A stretch of 64,000 nt of DNA, from the IMG/VR virus record IMGVR_UViG_2791355157_000004, positions 1 through 64,000 of that record; one strand, written 5' to 3'. The position numbers and the translations under genes are program-made. Positions within the stretch are counted from its first letter, which is position 1; each line of letters starts with the position of its first letter. Origin of the DNA: a virus. Its lineage: Duplodnaviria > Caudoviricetes. Shown here piece by piece: positions 9,633 to 18,874 of the stretch. Under the pieces are notes generated by a model. It was not told where the DNA came from and did not search any database. It was given only the letters and a program-made list of their open reading frames with translations.

Positions 9633-10841
9633 TCATGAAAGGGGATATTCCGCTTTGAGGATCTCTTCATGCAGGTCGTCCGACAGCTTGGCTACGGTGA
9701 TGTTGCTGCCGGTAATCTGGCTCGCAATATCGCTCATCATGCTGCTGCGCGCAATCTGGGAGAAGATTTCGAGGTAATGCCAGCGAACCCAGTTCATGTA
9801 GTTCGGGTGACACTTGAAGCAGTCGTGCACGCACACCAGATGAAACGGATTGTGCTGGCGCATTGAACTGAGCAGGCATTGCAGCTCCAGGTGCTCGTCC
9901 GCGCTGAGGTGGCCATAGTTCTGATCATCCAGATACTCCACCAGCACCAGGCTCATAAAGCCGGATTTGCGGGTGCGGTTCAGGATGCGCAGCAGCTTCT
10001 GGTCACACAGGCGATCGTCACGGGTACCGCCTTCCAGCCATGACTGCGTCTGCAGTCTGGCGACTGCATCCTTGTCATAGCTGCAGCGGCGGCCCATTTC
10101 ACGGACGACCAGGGCATCCACAGAGTGGGTGACGTTTGCCACCAGGCTGATGCCTTTCTCGGTGCCGGCATTGACGTAGTGCTCGATGTCGATCGGCATA
10201 CCGAGGAACTGCACCGCGGTGGAGACCTTGTCCATTACTTTAATTACAACATCCCCGCCGTCTGGCAGGGTCCAGGAATGGTCCTCTGCGAACGGCTGCC
10301 ACAGCGTCTGAATGTCGTCACGCAGGGCGCGAACCCCTGGAAGGATGGCATCCTGCATTTTGTAGAACATGTCCAGCGCTGGCGTGCCGTCGCCGAATGC
10401 GGATTTAGGCTGCGCCTGTGATCCGTACATCGAGGTCATCAGGGCGTTTTTGACCACCTTGCGAACCAGCTGGCCAACCACGTTGAGTTTCTCGTTCATC
10501 CAGGCGTAAGCGTTGGTGTAAACGTCCTGGCGTTTCTGGCCGGTCAGCCCGCAATTACGCGCTGAGATTTTGCAACCGGACAGGGCAGCCAGGATCTGAA
10601 TGCCAGAGGCGCACGCATCGTGGCCAACCATGTAGCCTGAAGGGACACCCGCCAGGGTGTCACGCCAGGCGAGCACACCTGCAAGAAACTGAGCCGGTTC
10701 CTCTGCGTCACGCACAAGGGATTCCAGATGATGCTCATTCTCGCTGAACCAGTTCAGGCGGGTCTCGTACTGCTCGCCATCCAGGCCAAAGCTGTTGGCA
10801 ATGTCGATCATGAGGTACTGCTTGCCAGTGAAGTGCTGCAT
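9633..10841 (-). CDS. N4-like RNA polymerase II subunit 2 (gp16-like)
   Basis: T7-type motifs A (DACASGIQ), B (RKVVKNALMTSMYGS) and C (VHDCF); 402 aa matches N4 gp16 size. Confidence 0.93.
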   Translation of the reverse strand: MQHFTGKQYLMIDIANSFGLDGEQYETRLNWFSENEHHLESLVRDAEEPAQFLAGVLAWRDTLAGVPSGYMVGHDACASGIQILAALSGCKISARNCGLTGQKRQDVYTNAYAWMNEKLNVVGQLVRKVVKNALMTSMYGSQAQPKSAFGDGTPALDMFYKMQDAILPGVRALRDDIQTLWQPFAEDHSWTLPDGGDVVIKVMDKVSTAVQFLGMPIDIEHYVNAGTEKGISLVANVTHSVDALVVREMGRRCSYDKDAVARLQTQSWLEGGTRDDRLCDQKLLRILNRTRKSGFMSLVLVEYLDDQNYGHLSADEHLELQCLLSSMRQHNPFHLVCVHDCFKCHPNYMNWVRWHYLEIFSQIARSSMMSDIASQITGSNITVAKLSDDLHEEILKAEYPLS

Positions 10842-10852
10842 GTGGAATCTCC

Positions 10853-10880
10853 AGTATGAAATGTGAAGTATGAAATAACA
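10853..10880. repeat. Heptad array H5 directly upstream of the RNAP2 start
   Basis: agtatga aatgtga agtatga aataaca. Confidence 0.7.
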
Positions 10881-10886
10881 GGCATG

Positions 10887-10910
10887 AAAAAGGGGACCCG
10901 AAGGTCCCCC
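10887..10910 (-). terminator. Intrinsic terminator (cUUCGg loop)
   Basis: Minus strand ggggacc-ttcg-ggtcccc then TTTTT. Confidence 0.8.
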
Positions 10911-10931
10911 ATTTACTGAATGTGGTCGTGC

Positions 10932-11183
10932 TTAGTCGGTGATGCGGCCGAGGATACGTGCGACGTTATAGTCGGTATTCAGTTCGGTCTCGATCTCCGC
11001 GTCGGTCTTGCCGAACAGCGGGCATTTACCCATGTCACGTGAGCCATCCGGCTTGGCGTTTTCGCCGGTACAGCAGGTTGCACACTTCGGGTTCTTGGAG
11101 CAGAAATGCTTCTCCATTTCAGCCGGGATGGTTTTAATCAACTGGGTGATTTTGATCAGCTGCTCAATGCGTGTTAAGGCCAT
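10932..11183 (-). CDS. Cys-rich mini-protein (family A, divergent)
   Basis: C..CxxCC..CPLF pattern. Confidence 0.65.
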   Translation of the reverse strand: MALTRIEQLIKITQLIKTIPAEMEKHFCSKNPKCATCCTGENAKPDGSRDMGKCPLFGKTDAEIETELNTDYNVARILGRITD

Positions 11184-11386
11184 GATTGTGTGTCTCCATA
11201 AATTGATAGTGGTGCAAATCGTGTAACGGGTGAGGCGCGAAAAGGACAGTTAGCACATTGAATCCCATGATGCTTACAGCTTTCCGGTAGGTCATTCAGC
11301 ACTGCGCAAGGTTCCCACATCCTGCGAAATGCTGTGTCAGCTTCCAGCTGGTGGTGCATTAAATCCAGGATGGTTCCTATTTTCAA
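11174..11386 (-). CDS. Cys4 mini-protein (family A)
   Basis: TTG start KIGTIL; C..C..CANCPF. Confidence 0.65.
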   Translation of the reverse strand: MKIGTILDLMHHQLEADTAFRRMWEPCAVLNDLPESCKHHGIQCANCPFRASPVTRFAPLSIYGDTQSWP

Positions 11387-11588
11387 CTACCACCTCTAGC
11401 GATCGTAGTAACGGATCTTCTGCCGGCGAGAAGATGCCGGACAGCGGACAGGCTTTGCAGTAAATAAATTCACAGGAGTCCTCCCTGTCCTGTATCAGCG
11501 TACAGATCGGATGCGCGTAAGCGCTCCCGCTCGGGCTGCCGTGATTGGCCACGTGTTTGATGGCCAGTAAAACATCAGAAGTTTTCAG
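11337..11588 (-). CDS. Cys4 mini-protein (family A), CTG start
   Basis: AAGGAGG RBS 5 nt before CTG AAA ACT TCT GAT GTT TTA; C..C..CKACPL. Confidence 0.6.
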   Translation of the reverse strand: MKTSDVLLAIKHVANHGSPSGSAYAHPICTLIQDREDSCEFIYCKACPLSGIFSPAEDPLLRSLEVVVENRNHPGFNAPPAGS

Positions 11589-11626
11589 TGCCGCCTCCTT
11601 TATTTTTCGTTCAGGTCCGATCTATA

Positions 11627-11642
11627 CTGTACATACATACAG
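11627..11642 (+). promoter_or_regulatory. LexA (SOS) box
   Basis: TA-CTGTACATACATACAG-TA, near-consensus, 17 bp before the UmuD'-like ATG. Confidence 0.9.
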
Positions 11643-11659
11643 TAAATGGACCGGAAATT

Positions 11660-12034
11660 ATGGGTTTCCCCTCACCAGCCACGGACTACGTTGAGCATCG
11701 AATTTCCCTCGATGGGCTATGCAATACCCGTGCGCCTTCCGTCTACCTGTTTAAGGCAGGTGAGACGGTAATGCGCGCCGGGATCAGCAAAGGTTCTCTG
11801 CTCGTCGTTGACAGCGCGATTACGCCATCAGACGGTAACGTGGTGGTGGCCATGATTGATGGAACATTTCGTGTGGCGCGTTACTGTACGCACCCGGCAC
11901 CGTATCTGGAAGATATGAATGTGCCGGGGCGTCGGCTCGCGACAGCAGGTGAGGATGTCATGCAGGGGGAGGAGACGATTTGTTTTGGCGTAGTCACCCA
12001 CGCTCTGGGAGTGCTGCGGTCAGCCTACCAGTAA
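11660..12034 (+). CDS. UmuD'/HumD-like S24-fold protein (pre-processed form, catalytic residues missing)
   Basis: Begins MGFPSPATDYVE like cleaved UmuD'; GETVM and FRVARY replace the GDSM serine and TVKR lysine motifs; SOS box upstream. Confidence 0.85.
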   Translation: MGFPSPATDYVEHRISLDGLCNTRAPSVYLFKAGETVMRAGISKGSLLVVDSAITPSDGNVVVAMIDGTFRVARYCTHPAPYLEDMNVPGRRLATAGEDVMQGEETICFGVVTHALGVLRSAYQ

Positions 12035-12343
12035 GCGGGCAATCGTGCGGACGGCTTCCAGCTCAGCCGGCGTGGCTTTGCCTTTAAGGGCTGCATTACG
12101 TGCTTTCCAATCCAGGCTTTTCACCTGGTCTGCCAGGGCGACGTTCGCCGGCGTGCCGGCGATCGCCACTTCCATCGGGTAACCCTTGATCTTGGTGGTG
12201 AGCGGGACGCACACCATCAGGTCGTGCTTATTATAGTAGGCCGGGCTGAGTACCAGCGCCGGTCTGCGGCCGGCCTGTTCGTGGCCAGCCTGCGGGTTGA
12301 AGTCCAGCCATACGATATCGCCGGCTTCAGGGACAAATGCCAT
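12020..12343 (-). CDS. mazF: MazF/PemK endoribonuclease toxin
   Basis: GDIVWLDFNPQAGHEQAGRRPALVLSP, VPLTT, ALADQVKSLDWKAR. Confidence 0.95.
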   Translation of the reverse strand: MAFVPEAGDIVWLDFNPQAGHEQAGRRPALVLSPAYYNKHDLMVCVPLTTKIKGYPMEVAIAGTPANVALADQVKSLDWKARNAALKGKATPAELEAVRTIARLLVG

Positions 12344-12594
12344 TACCAGATCTCCTTACCTACTTCGCCGAAGTCCTGCTCACCGTGACGGTTTTCAGGC
12401 GTGATGCGGCTCACCAGGGCTTCCAGGGTGGGCTTAGCGCGTGCTGGTTCAATCACAAGGCGCGACACGTTAAAGGCATCCTTCTGGACGGTCACTTCGA
12501 CTTCAGCGTCGATACCGAGGTCCATCAGGTTCATGAGGTTAGTGGGGATGCGGACTGCAGGGCTGTTGCCCCAGCGCTTAATAGTCTGACGCAT
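12343..12594 (-). CDS. mazE: MazE/AbrB-family antitoxin
   Basis: IKRWGNSPAVRIP, TLEALVSRITPENRHGEQDFG..GKEIW; coupled to mazF. Confidence 0.95.
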   Translation of the reverse strand: MRQTIKRWGNSPAVRIPTNLMNLMDLGIDAEVEVTVQKDAFNVSRLVIEPARAKPTLEALVSRITPENRHGEQDFGEVGKEIW

Positions 12595-12605
12595 GATGCT
12601 TCTCC

Positions 12606-12668
12606 GTTTATACGTTTGTATAGACAGATTACTCTTTTTTGAGCAATGTATCTACATTAGTATCTACT
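12606..12668 (-). promoter_or_regulatory. mazEF promoter/operator palindromes
   Basis: gtttatac-gttt-gtatagac, aatgta-tc-tacatt and repeated gtatctac, resembling the E. coli mazEF operator. Confidence 0.65.
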
Positions 12669-12684
12669 TTTCTGAATGGCAGCG

Positions 12685-13494
12685 TCACTCCACCAGCTCC
12701 GCGTCAGCGAGCTGCAGCACCGCCTTGGCATAGTCATTCCCCTGGTAGGAGACGTGATAGCCCTGGCAGTAGGTGCGCAGTCGCTTATCCACTTTGTGGG
12801 TGAGGTGGAAGCGGTTGCCCTCGTTCACCAGCAGGGCGAACGTGTGCATGCTGTCCTTCTCAAAGCGTTCAAACGCCTCAACACGCTTGCGGTAGTCGCG
12901 GAAGCTTTCCCCGTCACGCGGCTTGTCGAGGTTCTTCCGCTTATTGCGGATAGTCCTGATCACCCGCTCATTGAGCGCCAGCGGCACCCGGTTAAACCGG
13001 TTGATGCTGTCGTAACAGAGGTCACCCTCGTGGTGGTTGTTCTTCAGGATGAGCGAATCACCGCGATCGTTAAGGTAGCCGCTGCCGCGATTACCGGTCA
13101 CCTCAAGCGGTGGCACAATCATTGGCGGCAGGTACTGATACTGGTGCATCAGCTCCTTCACGTCGTTGCTGACATCCAGGTTAATGATGAAGTTCATCGT
13201 CTGCATGTCGAAGTTCACCAGCTCAGTGTTCGCGCAGATGTACTCCAGGTGTGCCGCGGTCTGCTGGTAGTCGCCGTCGAAAAAGCGCGCCAGGATGCCG
13301 ATCAGCACGTTGGCCGGCGCCCGACGGTGAAGCACCATCTGAACCAGCAGCTCGATGACGAACCCTTCCGGCATAGCCAGGCTTTCGACGATCGCCATAA
13401 CGGCGGTGTCGTTCTCAAACTCACGACGCAGCAGCGGCAGCGTCTGGTACCGCGCAAAGCGCTGTTCAATCAGTTTCTGGGTTTCGTATTTCAT
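12685..13494 (-). CDS. N4-like RNA polymerase II subunit 1 (gp15-like)
   Basis: 269 aa as N4 gp15; YLPPMIVPP, GSGYL, HKVDKRLRTYCQGY (DxxGR-like motif). Confidence 0.9.
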   Translation of the reverse strand: MKYETQKLIEQRFARYQTLPLLRREFENDTAVMAIVESLAMPEGFVIELLVQMVLHRRAPANVLIGILARFFDGDYQQTAAHLEYICANTELVNFDMQTMNFIINLDVSNDVKELMHQYQYLPPMIVPPLEVTGNRGSGYLNDRGDSLILKNNHHEGDLCYDSINRFNRVPLALNERVIRTIRNKRKNLDKPRDGESFRDYRKRVEAFERFEKDSMHTFALLVNEGNRFHLTHKVDKRLRTYCQGYHVSYQGNDYAKAVLQLADAELVE

Positions 13495-13660
13495 AGGTGA
13501 TGTCCCTCAGAAGGTGTTTATCTTTATCAGGCGTGCAGTCGAACGGACAGTTGCGGCAGGCGATTGCCCCGCACCTGATACCGTTGCTGGCATCGCACAG
13601 TGGGTTATTTAGCGGATCGGTTGTGTCGTTGATGAGACACAGCAGGGTCGAGAGTTTCAT
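13466..13660 (-). CDS. Cys4 mini-protein (family A)
   Basis: MKLSTLL...NPLC...CGAIACRNCPF. Confidence 0.7.
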   Translation of the reverse strand: MKLSTLLCLINDTTDPLNNPLCDASNGIRCGAIACRNCPFDCTPDKDKHLLRDITYEIRNPETD

Positions 13661-13829
13661 TCAGCTTGTCCATGATGTGCGGCACACGTGACGACACGGC
13701 ACCGCCGCTCAACGGGCAGTTGATGCACTCGATGCCGGTACAGTCCAGCGCTGGGACATTACAGACAGGGTTGCCCGAGATGAGCAGTTCGCTATACGTG
13801 AACTCCACTAACAGGGGTTTCAGTTTCAT
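13605..13829 (-). CDS. Cys4 mini-protein (family A)
   Basis: MKLKPLL...NPVC...CTGIECINCPL. Confidence 0.7.
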   Translation of the reverse strand: MKLKPLLVEFTYSELLISGNPVCNVPALDCTGIECINCPLSGGAVSSRVPHIMDKLNETLDPAVSHQRHNRSAK

Positions 13830-13983
13830 TGATCATCTGCCTTAGCAGGCTGTTACCTTCACGGGCGTAGTCGAGGGGACAGTCCTTACATTCAATGCCT
13901 TCACAGCCGGCGCTGATACACAGAGAGGAGGTGGTTACTGTCATTTCACTGCGGAGAGTGGTGAGCAGGATAGTCAACTTCAG
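13792..13983 (-). CDS. Cys4 mini-protein (family A), start uncertain
   Basis: (L)KLTILL...SLC...CEGIECKDCPL. Confidence 0.6.
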   Translation of the reverse strand: MKLTILLTTLRSEMTVTTSSLCISAGCEGIECKDCPLDYAREGNSLLRQMINETETPVSGVHV

Positions 13984-13988
13984 CTGGT

Positions 13989-14246
13989 TCAAATGACATT
14001 GTCCAATAGCAGAATTTGCAGGATAGCGTCCCGCAGGTATCTGAACGGCTTCATGTCTACGTAGTAGAAATGGCTGTTGGTCAGCCGCTTTATCAGATGC
14101 AGGCGCTTCGGTGTGGACACACTCCATATGCGCGTACGACGGTCATAATGCACCTTGTACTCGAAGCCCTCCGGCTTCTCCTTAACGACATTTCCGGTCA
14201 AATCATTGCGATCGCTGTTGAGCACGTGCAATACGGTTCTGTTCAT
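13989..14246 (-). CDS. Early hypothetical protein, first gene after a hairpin promoter
   Basis: ATG at 14246 with GGAG RBS, 85 aa. Confidence 0.65.
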   Translation of the reverse strand: MNRTVLHVLNSDRNDLTGNVVKEKPEGFEYKVHYDRRTRIWSVSTPKRLHLIKRLTNSHFYYVDMKPFRYLRDAILQILLLDNVI

Positions 14247-14281
14247 ATTTGTCTCCGAAGTTAAGAAGGAAAAGGCAAACG

Positions 14282-14300
14282 CCAAAAGGGGCGAAGCCCC
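14282..14300 (-). promoter_or_regulatory. vRNAP hairpin promoter driving the RNAP1 region
   Basis: Template strand CC-AAAA-GGGGC-GAA-GCCCC; N4 architecture of 5-bp stem, GNA loop closed by C:G, and +1 C 11 nt from the loop centre. Confidence 0.88.
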
Positions 14301-14345
14301 GGGCGAGTAATTATGCAAGACCTTCAGACAAAAACCAGATTATTC

Positions 14346-14591
14346 CTAATGGTCCGATGAGTTGATGTCTGTCATGGCACGGTGAAGATCGTGCGCCAGG
14401 TGGGCGGTGAGATTTAACGGGCAGATACTGCAAAAGTGCAGGTGAATGTTGGTACCGGGTTCGCGGTGCTGGCCGATATTCAGCGCACAGACATTACCTG
14501 GCATCGACGAGCACAGGTCACGCTGCTCACCGTCGCCGGTGTCGCCAGGCTGAAACACCTGGATGGTGGACAGCACGTCATGAAGCTTCAT
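14346..14591 (-). CDS. Cys4 mini-protein (family A)
   Basis: MKLHDVL...DLC...C...CSICPL. Confidence 0.7.
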   Translation of the reverse strand: MKLHDVLSTIQVFQPGDTGDGEQRDLCSSMPGNVCALNIGQHREPGTNIHLHFCSICPLNLTAHLAHDLHRAMTDINSSDH

Positions 14592-14766
14592 GATAAAGCT
14601 CCCTGAACAGGCTGCCCTCACACTGCAACGGGCAGTTCTGGCACTGGATGTCCCTGCAGCTGATTTTGTTCATATCCCGGTCATGCAGGTACTGGCACAG
14701 CGACTGGTTGTGCTTGCCTGTCTCTACAGGCTGGCTGGTGGCGATCAGGACGTTACTGAGTTTCAT
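14578..14766 (-). CDS. Cys4 mini-protein (family A)
   Basis: MKLSNVL...SLC...CRDIQCQNCPL. Confidence 0.7.
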   Translation of the reverse strand: MKLSNVLIATSQPVETGKHNQSLCQYLHDRDMNKISCRDIQCQNCPLQCEGSLFRELYHEAS

Positions 14767-14978
14767 GGTTCACGCCCTGTCATTTCATCCAGGATGTGCG
14801 TTTGCGGCAGGTTAGCTGATCGTGCCTGTTTGCCGGCGGACAGCGGACAGTTATGACAGTAGACATGCGTGTGCAGCTCCCGATCGGTATCGCAGACGCT
14901 GATGTTGTGCGCGCTGCACAGGCTCTTCTGCTCAACGGTTTCAGTGTGGGTGAGGAACAGCAGATCCAGCAATTTCAC
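14763..14978 (-). CDS. Cys4 mini-protein (family A)
   Basis: (V)KLLDLL...SLC...C...CHNCPL. Confidence 0.7.
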   Translation of the reverse strand: MKLLDLLFLTHTETVEQKSLCSAHNISVCDTDRELHTHVYCHNCPLSAGKQARSANLPQTHILDEMTGREP

Positions 14979-17887
14979 GGTATTCCTCCAACTCGGCTTT
15001 GCTTAGCAGGCAGATACTGGCGTCCGGGCAATAGAGTATTGCCTGTTTGTGTATTCCAATCAGTGATTTTGCCTCGGCCGCGTTCGGCATGTTGCGATCG
15101 TCGGACCGCATCTGTTCGCGAAGGGTGATGGCGTGTTGAATGAGGGTAGGGCGCATGGGTGATCTCCGGATTCTTCAGGCAAAAAGAAAGCCCGACGAGT
15201 TTACTCGTCAGGCATCATCTTGAGAATCGTGGCGATCAGTTCAGGTGGCAGTGACTGGCTGTAGTAAATCCGCCAGTTCAGCTTCAGGCAGAGCTGCGTA
15301 TCGGCATCACGGAACATGAGCCTGAGAATGCTTGCGGCATGTCTTTCCGGCACTGTGCCAATTCCTTCATCAGGGGAACAAGTGCGCCCAGATACACATC
15401 TTCCAGCTGCTCAGAAACGTGCATGTTGATAGCCCACATGGCCACAGCATACTCTGCTGAGTGCATCTGACTGATGATTTCTACCGTATCCATTGGTTTA
15501 CCGGGTCGAGAGGGGTTGCCTGATGTTATAGCGCCGCAAGCGATAGAGATCAAACAGGACAATTCTGATTTTGGGTAAATGCTTCATTAAGAAGTACCAC
15601 AAAATCAAAAATTTGAGCATTTTCTAAACTGAGGCTGTCTGGGTTTTCGGTGGATTCCCATAGCAATTGCCAGACAGGACCTCCGGGTTGTAAGAGCATC
15701 GCCTGCACCAGATGGCGCAAGGGCTCAGAAGGGGATTTCGTGAACGTCGTTGAGTTCATCGAGCAGCTGCCTTGACCGGACAAGCGTGGACGGTTGGAGA
15801 CCCTTCAGCTGAAGTGCCCGGATTAGGGGCACCAGCCACAGCAGATCGTAAAGCAGGATAAAGAGTTTATCGTTATGTGATGGCGATCTCATTTTGGCCT
15901 TCTCTGATGTGTCGCAGCTGGTGGGCCAGATTGTTACAGACGGTTGGTGAGACCTGGCTGGTTGCGCTGCCCTGAGACAAGATCTTTTCCCAGAACAGCT
16001 CCCAGCACCACGGGTACATGAGCATGAAGATCTCACGTGCCGTAATCGTCTGTGATGATAACGCCGGCTGACCGGCCGCGGAGTGTAGTTTTTCCACAGA
16101 TTTCCCTCGCAAGTTTCGGTGCGTCTTGAATATCAAGACCGCGAAACTGCCTGAGGCGTCTGCCAAAGGTCTGGCCCTTGGCTGCCCATTGCAGTTCGCT
16201 GTAAACAGCGAGCCACGAGGTCGGGTCGGAGTGGAGCGTGGAAATTATATCGGAGATGAGGTTTTTAGGCTGGTTCATTTGGCGGTATCAGGTCACTGGC
16301 TAACGGAATGCCAATATGCCAGGCGCAGCCGGCCTCTTCAATCATCCGGATCACCCGGTGCCAGATGAGGCTGTCCGCGTCGTTGTTGAAGAGTATCACC
16401 CATTCGGTCAGGCGCATGGGTGTGCCCCCATGTGTTTCACCAGGATCATGCTGCGCAGGTTAATGCTTCTGGTGGGCTGAGGTGAGCAGACTGAGCGCTG
16501 CATCATTTCCCAGACTTCGTTGCGGGCTATCGCCGTCAGCCACAGTTCGTGGAGTAGCAGGTTCAGCATCTTCTATGGCCTCGATCAGAGTCTGCATAAG
16601 CGGAAAACACAGGCTGAATTGCCTGTCTATATCGGGCAGCGACTGGGTGATCCCAACCCATGCGCGAGCGTGACAGCTCAACAGCCAGATGACGTTTACC
16701 GCGTGCATATGCACTCCTTAATGGTTTTCAGTTCTCACAGCGTGAAGCTGTTTCAGTATGGTGTAGGCATCAAAGTCTGCCTCGTGTTGCCCGAATATGC
16801 CAGTGGCAGCATCCGGGCTATGGCCGTCGTGAGTCAGCCAGTGCATGAAGGTCTGGCCCCGCGCTTCCGCGAAGAACCAGAGCACATCAGTGGTAGACAT
16901 AGACTATCCCGTTGCATAAATGCTTCCAGTCACTCATGGCCATCATCAGCTGATCAGCGCATGGCAGGTAATCCGCGAACGGGTACGCCGGCGCTTTCTC
17001 ATAGAAGCTGGTGACGATCGCCTGAGGGACGTTCAGGTCATTCGTGTTGTTGATGATTTCGTTCATGATGTCGGCAATGCGCACGGGTGCAGCTCCATAT
17101 CCTGAGGGGTGACCCGTAGCATATGCCGAATTGCGATGAACCAGGATTAGGCCGATTCCGAAAGTATTACCTCACACATATTACGTAATACTTATTCACG
17201 CCTGACGATGTAGGGCACGCCAGGCAGAAATTCTATCTGCACAGCAGCTTCGAGCTCCGTGGCATAAGGCTTGGCCTCATTCTCGGTACCGAAGCGTGGT
17301 GTGTTATCGGCATCAAAGCCGGTAAACCACAGACCATCCGCTCTGCGTTTGATGTAATAGTTTCCGGTGTCAAACACGATTGCTCCTTATGTACGAAAAC
17401 AGTTCCGGGTAAATGGCGATCGCCGTCCTGGCAGCCTCGACCTGATCACCTGTATCAGGGAACAGGGTCTCCAGAACAATGCCCAGGCGATTCCACATAT
17501 TCATATCATGCACGAAGTACAGCATGGGCAGGATGATACCCGCCTTCCATTCGAACCCGTGCTGATCAGGCATGCTCAACGCCCTCTATCTGCATGATCA
17601 GCTGCGTGACGGCGGCCATACGGCAGCCTTTTTTCACGGCGATACTCCAGATATCCAGGTAAAACCCGGGCTGACATTCCTCCCGGTACAGGCAGAACCA
17701 CTCAATCAGTTTCAAGGTTCAGTCCCTCAAGGGTTACGTTGAGTGAATCGGTATACAGGTTAAGCAGCACGATTCCGTCACCGTGTGCCGGCATCGTACC
17801 GTTGAGGTAACCGACAGAGAATGCACTGTATGCGCGAGCCAGTACCCGTATGTCACCGACTATCTCCAGCAGAATAATTTTTAACAT
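14941..17887 (-). other. Cluster of overlapping 50-85 aa hypothetical early genes
   Basis: e.g. 14941-15156, 15284-15493, 15550-15759, 15725-15892, 16033-16278, 16265-16417, 16460-16714, 16718-16900, 16887-17084, 17192-17377, 17370-17579, 17702-17887. Confidence 0.6.
17163..17197. repeat. Heptad array H6
   Basis: agtatta cctcaca catatta cgtaata cttattc. Confidence 0.65.
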
Positions 17888-17942
17888 GACTATCCCTCAG
17901 CGATAAAAAATAACCGGGAAGCCCGAAGGCTCCCCGATTGGA

Positions 17943-18335
17943 TTATTTCATCAGTGCTGCCAGTACCGCGTTGGCCAGCGGGTTGTCGTTCTTCGCTGGC
18001 TCATCGTTCTGTGCTGCGCGACGCAGCTGCACGGTGAGGTTCAGCTCGACTTCTTTACCCGGCTCCAGCTGGGCGGCCAGCAGCTGCAGCTGTTCCAGCA
18101 GCGTGTTCTTGGCCTGCGCCATCTGGTTCCATTCGCTGTTGTTGGTGTTGGCACGGGCAGGTTTCATGTCGTCCAGCGGTAAGCCCACTGGCAGTGAGAT
18201 GAACTCTTCGCCGGCCTGCACACCCACGTTCAGCCAGAACTCGGATGGTTTGCGCGGTTGCTGCGGATTCTGGGCAGACGCGTTGTTGCCTTTAACCAGA
18301 GATGATGAAGTCAGTGCAGAATTTAAAACAGCCAT
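17943..18335 (-). CDS. N4 gp2-like ssDNA-binding activator of RNAP II
   Basis: FWLNVG, FISLPVGLPLD, AKNTLLEQL, LEPG and VQLRR match the recalled N4 gp2 pattern; 130 aa; own hairpin promoter and terminator. Confidence 0.85.
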   Translation of the reverse strand: MAVLNSALTSSSLVKGNNASAQNPQQPRKPSEFWLNVGVQAGEEFISLPVGLPLDDMKPARANTNNSEWNQMAQAKNTLLEQLQLLAAQLEPGKEVELNLTVQLRRAAQNDEPAKNDNPLANAVLAALMK

Positions 18336-18380
18336 GGTATGTCTCCGAATTTAAAAGAAAAAGGTTTTGGGCATAGTTAC

Positions 18381-18399
18381 CCATTAGCGGCGAAGCCGC
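18381..18399 (-). promoter_or_regulatory. vRNAP hairpin promoter for gp2
   Basis: CC-ATTA-GCGGC-GAA-GCCGC. Confidence 0.9.
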
Positions 18400-18441
18400 C
18401 GCTAACAGACAGGGAAGGGCGTACAGAAAGCAGGATCGGGT

Positions 18442-18789
18442 TCAGAAATGCAGAACACCCTGCGCGACAGGGCTGGGCATGGCCATAAGGCTGCTCAGGT
18501 CTGCGCTCTCAAAATCAGGGGCATCTTTATCCAGCTCGTACTGGGTGCGGATGTCATTGAGGATGGCACGGTTGAGTTTGATGGCGCTCAGATCGCGCAG
18601 TGCCATGATAATGGCCGATACCGGCTGGATACGTCCTGGCTCTTTCACTCCCCGCAGCAGCACACGCGAATCTTCTAAGAAGCGCGCTCGCAGTGCCGGG
18701 TCGGATTTGTGGCTCCAGATCATCTGACGGGTCAGTTTACGGCGGGTCCACATACGGCGGGCAAGGGCAGCCCGTGCAGTCATACACAT
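18442..18789 (-). CDS. Basic early protein with its own hairpin promoter
   Basis: ATG at 18789 with AGGAG RBS, 115 aa, Arg-rich N-terminus. Confidence 0.7.
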   Translation of the reverse strand: MCMTARAALARRMWTRRKLTRQMIWSHKSDPALRARFLEDSRVLLRGVKEPGRIQPVSAIIMALRDLSAIKLNRAILNDIRTQYELDKDAPDFESADLSSLMAMPSPVAQGVLHF

Positions 18790-18818
18790 AATTGATCTCC
18801 TGATTTGATGGGTGGTGG

Positions 18819-18837
18819 CCATCAGCGGCGAAGCCGC
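18819..18837 (-). promoter_or_regulatory. vRNAP hairpin promoter
   Basis: CC-ATCA-GCGGC-GAA-GCCGC. Confidence 0.9.
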
Positions 18838-18839
18838 TA

Positions 18840-18874
18840 CTTCACATCTATGAAGTGTTACTTATTAAGTATGA
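18840..18874. repeat. Heptad array H7 abutting the hairpin promoter
   Basis: cttcaca tctatga agtgtta cttatta agtatga. Confidence 0.7.
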
